64,000 nt of DNA, from contig OZ024751.1 of NCBI GenBank assembly GCA_964016885.1, forward strand, positions 52,700,001 to 52,764,000, written 5' to 3'. Below, piece after piece: positions 1 through 12,549 of the stretch. The position numbers were made by a program, and so were the translations under genes. How positions within the stretch are numbered: position 1 is the first letter of the stretch; the number at the start of each line of letters is the position of its first letter. Source of the stretch: Eledone cirrhosa. Lineage: Eukaryota. The notes beneath the pieces are model-generated. The model saw only the letters and a program-made list of their open reading frames with translations, had not been told where the DNA came from and did no database searches.

Positions 1-1443
1 CCGGCATCATCCCAGACGCATTTATCTCCAACAACATCCTGATTTGCATTGACACACTGCCTTGCAATGTAGAACACCGCACGCCTCTGATCTTCCCGTC
101 GCAGAACATTGGCAAACCTCCTACTCTCTGCCTCCCTGCGTGCTAAGTACACCTGACGTCTAGCTTCTCTCTTAGTGGCTGTATATTCTTCCCTACTCCC
201 ACCCTTTTTCCAAGCCTTCCATGCTAGTCTTTTGTCTCTAATAGTCTTATCTACTGTGCTTTTCCACCACCAGGTCACTCTCTGTCTGGTTGGAGCTCTG
301 CTCCAGCCACAGGTTTCATCAGTAGCCTGCAGCAAGTTGTCACGTAAGAAATTCCAGTTATTATCTATGTCATACGTCTCTAAATCGTCTTCTTTTTCGT
401 CATATACATCTTGAAGGGCTTTCCTAAATTTGTATTTTAGTGAAAGGTCTTTTAGCTTCCAGACCTTTCTTCTCCACACCTTCCTATATGTCTCATTCCA
501 TCTCTTGCTTACTGAGATATCACTAACAACTAACCTATGCTGTGGGGTACATTCTTCCCCAGGGTATGCCTTGGTATTAGACACTATCTGCTTGTCCCGC
601 TTCCTAACTAGCAGGAAGTCAATCTGCTCACCAGATTTGTAGGTTATTAGGTGATTGGCAGGTTTCTGGAAGTTTGTGTTGCAAATAGTCAATGTACCCG
701 CATCACAAAATTCAAGAAGTCTCACTCCTTGCTCATTTCTTGAACCGTAACCGTGCCCACCATGTACCCCAGTGTAACCATCCTGGAGCTGTCCAACATG
801 ACCATTGAAGTCTCCTGCTAGCATAACAATGTCTCCGTCCTCTGTCATTGCGGTTGTTTGCAAAAATTGCTCATAATAGCAGTCTTTCTCATCTTTGCCT
901 AGGCCTGCTTGGGGAGCATAGACCGAGATGATTGTCACTAGTCTCCTACCTACAACTAATCTAAGCTTAATTATTCGATTACTAACTCGAACTACCTCTA
1001 TTGTCTTATTGATCCATTTCTCAGCCAGGAAAATGCCTACTCCCCCTAGCCCATCATCCTTACCTACCCAGAATAGCTTATAGCTAAGACGCTTGCCTAC
1101 GACTAGTCTCGCAGAGGCACCTCTCCATCTCACCTCTTGCACGCAGCACACATCCACCTGCCTTCTCTCCAGCATCTCCGCTATTTCAGCAGATCTACCT
1201 CTGAGAGTGCCAACATTAAGTGTTGCAACTCTGAGATGCGATGTCTTCATATTTTGTTGTTGTTCCTATTTGTTGCTGTGCTGATAAGAGTTTTGGCATT
1301 GATACACTGGTTGGATGCCCTTCCTAATACCAGCGCCACTTTACAGCATGGACTGGGGCTTTTATTTGTGCCACCAGCACTAGAGAGGATGTCTTACTAG
1401 ACTCAAGGGCCCTCTCTACCCCTCCATTTTATAGCATGGTCAT
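1..1443 (-). mobile_element. RTE LINE 5' portion with 5' UTR
   Basis: APE ORF plus ~190 bp UTR containing TAGGAAGGGCATCCA; bounded by an A20 run at 1444-1463. Confidence 0.8.
3..1250 (-). CDS. RTE-clade LINE ORF, N-terminal APE endonuclease part (runs off window start)
   Basis: ATG at 1250; manual translation MKTSHLRVATLNVGTLRGRS..CCVQEVRW..SVYAPQ..AGDFNGHVG..IDFLLV..QHRLV..RVTWWW. Same frame at both ends; absent from ORF track because no stop falls inside the window. Confidence 0.88.
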   Translation of the reverse strand, partial: MKTSHLRVATLNVGTLRGRSAEIAEMLERRQVDVCCVQEVRWRGASARLVVGKRLSYKLFWVGKDDGLGGVGIFLAEKWINKTIEVVRVSNRIIKLRLVVGRRLVTIISVYAPQAGLGKDEKDCYYEQFLQTTAMTEDGDIVMLAGDFNGHVGQLQDGYTGVHGGHGYGSRNEQGVRLLEFCDAGTLTICNTNFQKPANHLITYKSGEQIDFLLVRKRDKQIVSNTKAYPGEECTPQHRLVVSDISVSKRWNETYRKVWRRKVWKLKDLSLKYKFRKALQDVYDEKEDDLETYDIDNNWNFLRDNLLQATDETCGWSRAPTRQRVTWWWKSTVDKTIRDKRLAWKAWKKGGSREEYTATKREARRQVYLARREAESRRFANVLRREDQRRAVFYIARQCVNANQDVVGDKCVWDDA

Positions 1444-1748
1444 AAAAAAAAAAAAAAAAAAAACTTATTGACACGACGCACACACAAACACTCACACACC
1501 AACTCTCATGCATACAAACCACAACCACACACACGCCACTCACATACCAACACTCATTCATGCATACAATCACACACACCACTCACAAACACACATATAT
1601 ATACATATATTACCGACAGTACTGATACAAATACAAAATCAAAATCAAAATCATCAAAATCAATATTATGTCAACTGTTGACCTTTCCCAGTCCAGTTCA
1701 GCTTGTATATAATAACAATAATAATAATTGTTTGCTTTACGCCGGTAA

Positions 1749-1750
1749 TG

Positions 1751-1805
<55 letters not shown>

Positions 1806-1822
1806 GTATATATAGACATATA

Positions 1823-1871
<49 letters not shown>

Positions 1872-1886
1872 GTATATGTATATATG

Positions 1887-1919
<33 letters not shown>

Positions 1920-1922
1920 GTA

Positions 1923-1967
<45 letters not shown>

Positions 1968-1984
1968 ATATATATATATGTATG

Positions 1985-2017
<33 letters not shown>

Positions 2018-2088
2018 GTATGTATATATATATATGTATGTATATATATATATGTATATATATATATATGTATATATATATATGTATG

Positions 2089-2121
<33 letters not shown>

Positions 2122-2145
2122 GTGTATGTATATATATATATGTAC

Positions 2146-2185
<40 letters not shown>

Positions 2186-2248
2186 ATGTATATATATATA
2201 TGTGTATGTATATATATATATATGTGTATGTATATATATATATGTATG

Positions 2249-2279
<31 letters not shown>

Positions 2280-2354
2280 GTATATATATATATGTATATA
2301 TATATATATGTATATATATATATGTATATATATATATATGTATCTATATATATA
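1749..2354. repeat. imperfect (TA)n/(TATG)n tract
   Basis: direct reading. Confidence 0.97.
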
Positions 2355-2478
2355 CAGCACTCACTGTAAATGAGGTTGGTGTTAGGAAGGGCATCCAGCT
2401 GTAGAAATCAAGCCAAAAATCAGTTCCCGTCCCACCCTTGCAAGCAGGGAAAAAGCGGACGTAAAATGAAATGATGAT
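2355..2478 (+). mobile_element. RTE 3' tail fragment, apparently chimeric
   Basis: First part matches 14919-14988; second part matches the reverse complement of 27900-27952; ends in a short ATG tail. Confidence 0.75.
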
Positions 2479-2579
2479 ATATATGTATGTATATACATAT
2501 GTATGTATATATATATGTATGTATATATATATGTATGTATATATATATGTATATATATATATATGTATGTATATATATG

Positions 2580-3096
2580 TTTTCTCTTTCTCTTAATTTC
2601 GAGTATATTTTTTTGACCGGCCACCTTTTGGTCCAAGCGGGTTGGTATATAACCCGTAGCTCCAATAATGATGGGTATGAAGCTAAAGGTGTATCTTGGA
2701 TACTGGATTTGTAAACTCCTCATCAATGGTCCGTAGATGTCCTCCTTCTCCTGTATTTTTCTGACAACGTTTACATCAAGTGGGCAGCTGATCTCCACAA
2801 CAGAACACATTTTCAATGTGTGGTCCCAAACAACAATATCAGGCTGGTTGTGCTTTAATTTGGTGGCGGTTTTTATTTTCAGGTTCCACCAGTATTCCTT
2901 AGTGCCATCTGTCTCAATATATTCTTCCTCGTTTGTTGTTAATTTTGTTTTCCGAAGTGCGTTCAGATGGTTCTAGCTATCCCATCGTGTCTCATGGGGA
3001 GGTAGTAACGAGATGACATTCTTTCGCAGCTGGCAACAATGTGGTTTACATCCTCGATCTTTGTTTTACATAGCCTACATTTATTGTCAGCTGCTG
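2580..3096 (-). mobile_element. R2-group (RLE) non-LTR element 3' fragment with internal deletion
   Basis: Near-identical to the reverse complement of 41127-41797; PDIVVWD..VVEISCP; ~155 bp missing near 2627. Confidence 0.88.
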
Positions 3097-3152
3097 TATG
3101 TATGTATATATATATGTATGTATATATATATATATGTATGTATATATATATG

Positions 3153-3193
<41 letters not shown>

Positions 3194-3234
3194 ATATATA
3201 TATATGTATGTATATATATATATATATATGTATG

Positions 3235-3271
<37 letters not shown>

Positions 3272-3396
3272 GTATGCGTATATACATACGTATGTGTATA
3301 CATGTATATATGTGTATATATATATATGTATGTGTATATATATATGTATGTATATGTGTGTGTATGTATGTGTATGTGTATGTATATGTATGTATG

Positions 3397-3428
<32 letters not shown>

Positions 3429-3681
3429 TGTATATGTTTATGTATATGTATGTTTGTATATATGTATGTATGTATATATGTGTGTATGTATGTATGTATA
3501 TATTTATGTATGTATGTATATGTATATATATATGTATGTATATATATGTGTATGTATATATATGTATGTATATATATATGTATGTATATGTATGTATGTA
3601 TGTATGTATATATATGTATATATATATGTATGTGTATGTGTGTATGTATGTATGTATGTATGTATGTATGTATGTATGTAT
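3097..3681. repeat. (TATG)n/(TA)n tract
   Basis: direct reading. Confidence 0.97.
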
Positions 3682-4128
3682 GTCAAAGGGCAAAGAGTCA
3701 ATGGCCATCCAAAATCACCGGGAGAGATGACCCCTTAGCCTTTGTCAAGGCAGAATTCTAGGAGAAGGAAAACTCTGATATAACACCTGCAACTCTGATG
3801 GTATCCAACGATGTTGACTTGTTCTTCTTTTTGGTAAATATCATCTTGGTTAAGAGAGTGGGACTGGCTTTGTGCAGTGCATTTGCTCACTATAAAAGCT
3901 TCACGGCACAGGCATTTTTTTATATCTGGAGATCTCTCTGCACTTGTCATCACATGGTATCATGGGCCCAGCACTATGTGTCAATAATTGTCACAAGTGT
4001 AGTGTTTGTACCAGAGTTTTCAAGTCGCTGTCTGGACTAAAAAGTCACACTCGTTCAGCGCATCGGTAGGAGTTCTCCTACATGGATATAAAGTAGTGGC
4101 CGTACTCGAAAACGAGTTGGAAGCCACC
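3682..4128 (+). mobile_element. non-autonomous RTE derivative, 5'-truncated copy
   Basis: Matches 32851-33308; ends AGCCACC then TA tract. Confidence 0.9.
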
Positions 4129-4180
<52 letters not shown>

Positions 4181-4190
4181 GTATATATAT

Positions 4191-4278
<88 letters not shown>

Positions 4279-4361
4279 GTATATGTATATATATATATGT
4301 ATGTATGTATGTATGTATATATATATATATATATGTATGTATACATATATATATATGTATG

Positions 4362-4423
<62 letters not shown>

Positions 4424-4487
4424 TATGTATGTATATATATACATATATATATATGTATGTATATATATACATATATATATATGTATG

Positions 4488-4568
<81 letters not shown>

Positions 4569-4589
4569 ATATATACATATATATATATG

Positions 4590-4624
<35 letters not shown>

Positions 4625-4653
4625 GTATATATATATATATATATATATGTACG

Positions 4654-4801
<148 letters not shown>

Positions 4802-4810
4802 TGTACGTAT

Positions 4811-7800
4811 ATCATCATCATCATCATCATCAACGTTTAACGTCCGTGTTCCACGCTTGCATGGGTTTGGACGGGGGTAGTCCCACTTGAGGCAAGAGTG
4901 GTTTTTACCGTGTTGCCTACACGGCCACATTTACAGCGTGGACCGTGTGTTTTTTTGTCGTGACACCTACACGATCTCATTTGTTTCGGCCTGGATGTTG
5001 TGGGACCAACATAACTTTACATTGAAAGGGGCGGTGTGGATGGCGTGGAGGTGGTGGGACGGCGGGGGTGTTGATAGAGATGCCTACTGACTGTAGTAGG
5101 CTTTTACTTTGTATTTAGGTAAGGCGGGGTCTTCTCTATTACTGAGTACCGCCAAAGGTCTCGGTCCAGTGACATTGTCTTGGAGAGGTGTAAGCGTGTG
5201 AGGTCGGAATTTATCAGCTCGTCCCATGTTTTTCTGGGTCTGCCTACTCCGTGGCTACCGTCTATCTTTATTGCCCTGCACTTTGTTATACAGCTGTCGT
5301 CTTTCATGCGCATCACGTGACCGTACCAACGTAGCCTTCTCTCGAGTAAACAACATCTGATCCCTCTTATTTCTAATTTTTTCCTTAGTTCGTTTATGCT
5401 TTGCCGTTCACGTATATTACTACTGCACATCCAGCGGAGCATGCAAGCTTCGTTCCTCTCTAGTCTGCGTATATCCTCTGCACACAATGCCCACTTCTCA
5501 CTGCCATGCAGCATTGCTGTTCGTATGCAGGCATCGTATAACCTGCCTTTCATTTTTAGGGAGAACCCTCTAGCGGCTAATAGTGGTATAATCTCTCTGA
5601 ACTTTTTCCATCCAGTTCTGACTCTAGCTACAGTACTTTCAGAGCACCCTCCCCCACTGCTGATTTTGTCACCCAGGTAACGGAAGCTGTCCACTATTTC
5701 TATAGAACCCTCTGCGCAATTGAAAGAGCTAGTATTTTGTGGGCACTTGCTGCTACTTATTGCACCAGAACACCGGCCACATGTAAAATCTATGTTCTTA
5801 GTTAGCTTACCTGTGATCCCACTACATCTTTTATGCACCCATACTTTGCATTTAGGACATAAAATGGAGTTTCTACCTACGCCTTTCCTACACACCGAGC
5901 ACGACCATTTCCCAGAAGGGACCGCCGCCTTGTTTTCTTTCCTACAAACTAGTACTTTGGTCTTAGCCAGCTTAATTTTAAGTCCTTTTGACTCTAGGCC
6001 GTGCTTCCATGTTTGGAATTTCTTCTCTAGCTCGGCCATTGATTCCGCTATGAGTGTCAGGTCGTCTGCGTATAGGAGTTCCCATGGGCAGCCTGTCTTG
6101 AACTCCTCTGTTATAGCCTGAAGGGCAATAATAAATAGTAGGGGGCTGAGAACAGAGCCCTGATGGACGCCAACTTTTACGCTAAACTCTTCACTATATT
6201 CGTTGTTAATTCTAACCTTGCTGACTGTTTCTTTATACATGGCTTGTATAGCCCTCACAAGCCATTCGTCAACGCCTAGTTTTCTAAGAGCCCACCAGAT
6301 AATGGAGCGGGGGACTCTGTCGAAGGCTTTCTCCAAGTCGACAAAAGCTAAGTAGAGGGGTTTACCTTTAGCTATGTACTTCTCCTGTAGTTGTCGTACT
6401 ATGAAAAGAGCGTCTGTGGTACTTTTGCCTGACACAAACCCGAACTGCATTTCATCTAGGTCAATTCTCTCTCTGATTAGTTGCGCTATTACTTTTTCCG
6501 TGACCTTCATGACCTGGTCGATTAATTTAATGCCTCTATAGTTACTCCTATCTAGGGCGTCTCCTTTACCCTTATAACAGTTAACGATGATGCTGCTATG
6601 CCAGTCCTTCGGAACAACCCCATTCTGTACGACTTGGTTAACTATGCGGGTGACCATGGTGTGTCCCACCGTGCCAGATGCCTTCAGCATCTCAGCAACT
6701 ATTTCCGAAGGCCCAGCCGCCTTACCCGTCTTCATATCCTTGATTGCCTTACTTATTATACTCCCCTCGACTAACACTGCTGGTCCCTCTATTGGGTCGA
6801 TATGGGGGAGACTGTCTTTCTCCCATATATTCTCCTCATTTAGTAGCCTTTCATAGTGACACTTCCAAGCTACCTTCTTATCAGCGTCGGTGATGGCAAG
6901 TGTGCCATCGTCGTTTAGTACACACTTCTCCCCGACAATATCACGGTTTTCCTTGACGCATTGCCTAGCAATCCTGAACACCTCACGTTTTTGGTCATCG
7001 CGTTGTAGAACATGCTTGAACTTTCTTTCCTCAGCTTCCCTTCTTGCTAAGTACATTTGTCTCCTAGCTTCCCTCCTGGCCACTTGATAGTCTTCTCTAC
7101 TTCCCCCATCCCGCCATACTTTCCAAGCCTGCTTTTTGGCCTTAATTGACCCCTCCACCTTACTGTTCCACCACCATGTTACTCTCCTCCTGCCTACAGG
7201 CCTGCTCCAGCCACAGACTTCGTCTGTCGCCAACAGCAGGTTTGCTTTCAGTCCCACTCTCCCTCTATATTGTCCGACTCTAAATGTTCTTCCTTACTGT
7301 TGAAAGCATCAAGTAATATGCTTTGAAATTTATTCCTGGCTGTGGGGTCCTTTAGCTTCCATATTTTTCTCCTGAGGATAGTCCTCTTCTGCTGTCGAGT
7401 ACGTCTCGTCCTGACTATGAGGTCGCTAATTATCTGTCTATGTTGGGAGGTGCATTCTTCATGGGGGAGGGATTTAGTGTTTACAACAGACACTCTGTCA
7501 CGTCTTCTGGTAAGGATATAATCTACCTGGCTTGTGTGTTCCCCGGATCTATAGGTGATCAGGTGATTGTCACGTTTTTTGAAGTTAGTGTTACAGATAG
7601 TTAGGTTATTTGCATCACAGAATTCCAGGATTCTGGAGCCTTCCTCATTTCTAGTACCAAACCCATAGCCTCCATGGATTTCGTCGTAGCCATCACAATG
7701 TTGTCCAACGTGACCATTTAGGTCGCCTGCGATAATTATATAGTCACAGTCGGATATTTGGGAGGTAGTTAGCATCAGTGTCTCATAGAATCTGTCTTTT
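4811..7800 (-). mobile_element. RTE LINE family A, 5'-truncated, (ATG)n tail
   Basis: APE remnant plus RT; CAT repeats at 4811-4830; TA tracts on both sides. Confidence 0.93.
5104..7775 (-). pseudogene. RTE APE-RT ORF with one frameshift near 7250
   Basis: ORF 7248-7775 ([14 protein letters not shown]) and ORF 5104-7257 (NYRGIKL, FVDLEKAFDRV, GVHQGSVLSP, LYADD, Cys-rich CSVC..CPKC..HKRC insert, RRLRWYGHV). Confidence 0.92.
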
Positions 7801-8625
<825 letters not shown>

Positions 8626-8664
<39 letters not shown>

Positions 8665-8764
8665 ATATATATATATATGTATGTGTATATATATATATGT
8701 ATGTGTATATATATATGTATGTGTATATATATATATATATATATGTATGTATATATATATATAT

Positions 8765-8858
<94 letters not shown>

Positions 8859-8949
8859 ATTTATATATATTTTTGTATGTGTATATGTGTATATATATAT
8901 ATATGTATGTGTATATATATATATTTATGTGTATATATATATATATATG

Positions 8950-8990
<41 letters not shown>

Positions 8991-9009
8991 ATGTATATAT
9001 ATATATATG

Positions 9010-9054
<45 letters not shown>

Positions 9055-9145
9055 ATATATATATATATGTATGTATATATATATATATATATATGTATGT
9101 GTATATATATATATGTATGTGTATATGTGTATATATATATATATG

Positions 9146-9240
<95 letters not shown>

Positions 9241-9287
9241 ATATATATATATATATGTATGTGTATATGTGTATATATATATATATG

Positions 9288-9370
<83 letters not shown>

Positions 9371-9415
9371 ATATATATATATGTATGTGTATATATATAT
9401 ATATATATATGTATG

Positions 9416-9474
<59 letters not shown>

Positions 9475-9510
9475 ATATATATATATATGTATATATCTGT
9501 ATGTGTATAT

Positions 9511-9542
<32 letters not shown>

Positions 9543-9569
9543 ATATGTATATATATATATATGTATGTG

Positions 9570-9607
<38 letters not shown>
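8626..9607. repeat. (TA)n tract with TATG/TGTG interruptions
   Basis: direct reading. Confidence 0.97.
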
Positions 9608-9608
<1 letters not shown>

Positions 9609-9735
9609 TAAGAGAGTAAAACAAAGAAGCCTTCAATACATCAAAAGTCTTTATTAGCCGACAATGTTTCGTCCTATTAAGGACTTATCAGGACAATTAA
9701 AACAACAAGAAGTAATATCAGCAGATACAAGCCGG
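9608..9735 (-). mobile_element. second pLTR copy with mutated hammerhead (CTGATAA)
   Basis: Repeat of 8402-8512; core G8>A at ~9686. Confidence 0.62.
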
Positions 9736-10067
9736 AAGTTCCGAAGAATATGGAGTGTACATACACTAAAGTATTGCCAAAATATATAATAAAAATAATA
9801 AAAATATATAATAAAAATTACTAAGCATGTATATAACATTAAGAACCATATTACAAATATAGTCCAAAGCAAAAAAAACCTAGAGCTAAACAAAGGTGGT
9901 TATATAGAGCAGGAATTATATATAATACAATGTAATATAATATAATATAATATACCTTTACCAACATTAAAATTACAATAAAAATCAAAAGGTACAATAT
10001 GCATATGTATATATGTGCGCACACGTACACACACATACACATACAACATGTATATATATATATATAT

Positions 10068-12455
10068 GTATGCTCCAACTATGAATTCTACCGATGAAGA
10101 AAAACTGTCCTTTTACCATGCCTTGAAAGGTGTTCTAAGAAATATCCCTCAGGCAGACAAAGTCATCCTGCTTGGTGACTTTAATGGTAGAGTGGGTAGG
10201 GATTTTAACACATGGAATGTAATCGGAAGGCATGGGATGGGAAAGTGTAACAGCAATGGTATGCTCCTGCTGCAGATGTGTGAGGAGCTGGATCTGTGTG
10301 TTACCAACACCATGTTCCAACAAAAGAACAAATTCAAGACCACATGGATGCATCCTGCATCTAAGGAATGGCATCTTTTGGACTACGTCCTAGTCAGGAT
10401 GCGTGACAGACAGGATGTGTAGTGTGTTCGTGTTCTTCGTGGAGCTGAGTGCTGGACGGACCACCGCCTGGTACGCGCAAAAGTGAAACTAATCACCAAA
10501 CGTAAAATCCGGGCTCCTGGTGTTACCCTGCCCAAAAGATTGAATGCTTAAGGATAAAAATGTGAAGAGGACATTGGAAGAAGAGATGCAGGCTGCAGAT
10601 CTTGGTGAGGATTGGCCGACCCTTAAAAAGTCGGTTTATGATGTAGGCAGGCGTGTTCTGGGATTGGTGCAGAGAAAACATCAGGACTGGTTTAATGAGA
10701 ATGATGTACATATAGAAGACTTGTTGGCTGATAAGAGGCGTGCTCTGTCACGCTACTTGACGGCAAAACCACAGGAGAGGAATACGTTGCATGAGGAGCT
10801 CAGGGATGTAAAATCACGTGTTAGGCGGAGTCTATCTCAGATGAAGGATCAGTGGTGGAGTGAGAAGGCTGGTGAGATACAAACCGCGTCTGATTCCAAT
10901 AACACAAAGCTGTTGTACAGTTTCTTGCGTGAGGTTTATGGACCGTCTTCTTCTCTGGTGACACCACTTCGCAGCAAGGATGGCAAAGAACTTCTTCGTG
11001 ACTCACAGGGAATTCTACGAAGGTGGCGAGAGCACTTTGATGATCTTTTGAATCAGCCGTCTGTCGTCAGTGAAGATTTCCTCAATCTCATTCCAGAAAG
11101 TCCTGTGAAAGTAGCTCTCGCAGAACCTCCGATGCTTGTGGAGGTTGCAGTGGCTATTTCGAAGCTGAACAGTGGAAAATCTCCAGGTATGGATGGCATA
11201 CATGCTGAGCTCCTACAATATGGTGGTGAGAGACTCCTGCAACATCTGCACTCTTTGTTTGGAAGGATATGGGCTAATGAATCCGTACCTGAGGACTGGA
11301 GAGATGCAGTAATGGTGGTCTTGTACAAGGGAAAGGGTAACAGGAATGATTGTGGGAACTACAGAGGTATATCATTGCTTTCTGTCGTAGGGAAAGTTTT
11401 ATGTAGGGTGCTTCTGGACCGTCTGCTGACACACATTGCAGATTGTGTTCTTCCTGAAAGTCAATCTGGTTTTCGTGCTGGACGCGGCACTACTGATATG
11501 ATCTTCTCAGCCAGACAGCTCCAGGAGAAGTGCATTGATCAGGGCTTGGATCTGTATGAGGTTTTTGTCGATCTGACAAAGGCTTTCGATACTGTCAACA
11601 GAGATGCATTATGGAAGGTTCTCCAGAAACTTGGTCGCCCTGATAAGTTCCTTGCTTTAGTTAGGTCTTTCCATGACGACATGAAGGCTTGGGTTAATGT
11701 CGGAGGTAACATGTCGGAGCCTATCTCAGTAAAAAATGGAGTGAAACAGGGGGATATTCCAGCACCGACCCTGTTTGCCATATACTTTGCAATGGTTTTC
11801 TGTATTGCATTCAGGAATTGCGAGCATGGTGTTTACATCCGATATCGAACCTCAGGCAGCATATTTAACATCAGGCGCTTTGCTGCGAAGACAAAAGTAT
11901 TTACATCAATCATAAGAGACCTCTTGTATGCAGATGATTGCGATCTTGTAGCGCACACAGAGAGTGATATGCAGCACATTTTGAATGCATTTTCTGACGC
12001 TTGCACTGCCCTGGGTTTGACTGTCAGTCTCAAGAAAACCGTTGTCATGTACCAACCTGCCCTAGTAAGCAGTACACTGAACCAAACATCTATGTGTATG
12101 GCAAACGACTTGGAGTGGTTGATCAGTTTGTCTACCTGGGAAGCACTGTCAATCGATACGGCAACCTTGACAGTGAAATCTCACTTAGGATTAGGAAAGC
12201 AAGTGATGCTTTCGGAAAGCTAGAAAGGCGACTCTGGGGTTGGCGAGACATATGCAGGAGGACAAAGGTAAAGGTGTACAGGGCATGTGTACTCTCTTGT
12301 CTGCTTTATACCTGCGAGACCTGGGTCACATATCGACACCACCTTAAGCAATTGGAGCGTTTCCATCAGATGTGTCTCAGACGGATCCACGGCGTTTACT
12401 GGAGGGACCACATCAGTGATGTCGAGATTTTGGAAAGCTCTATGTGTGACAGTAT
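10068..12455 (+). pseudogene. RTE-BovB-like LINE internal fragment (APE-RT), disrupted, lacking both ends
   Basis: YAPT..LGDFNGRVG..TWMHP..LDYVLV; NYRGISLLS, FVDLTKAFDTV, GVKQG, YRTSGSIFNIRRF, LLYADD; stop at 10420 and frameshifts near 10545 and 12060. Confidence 0.92.
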
Positions 12456-12494
12456 ATATGTATATATATATGTATATATATATATATGTATATA

Positions 12495-12536
<42 letters not shown>

Positions 12537-12549
12537 TATATGTATATAT

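Noticed and set aside
1444-1463. A20 run as a retrocopy poly(A) tail
   Set aside because: It lies at the 5' side of a minus-strand RTE; no plus-strand element or TSD could be tied to it.
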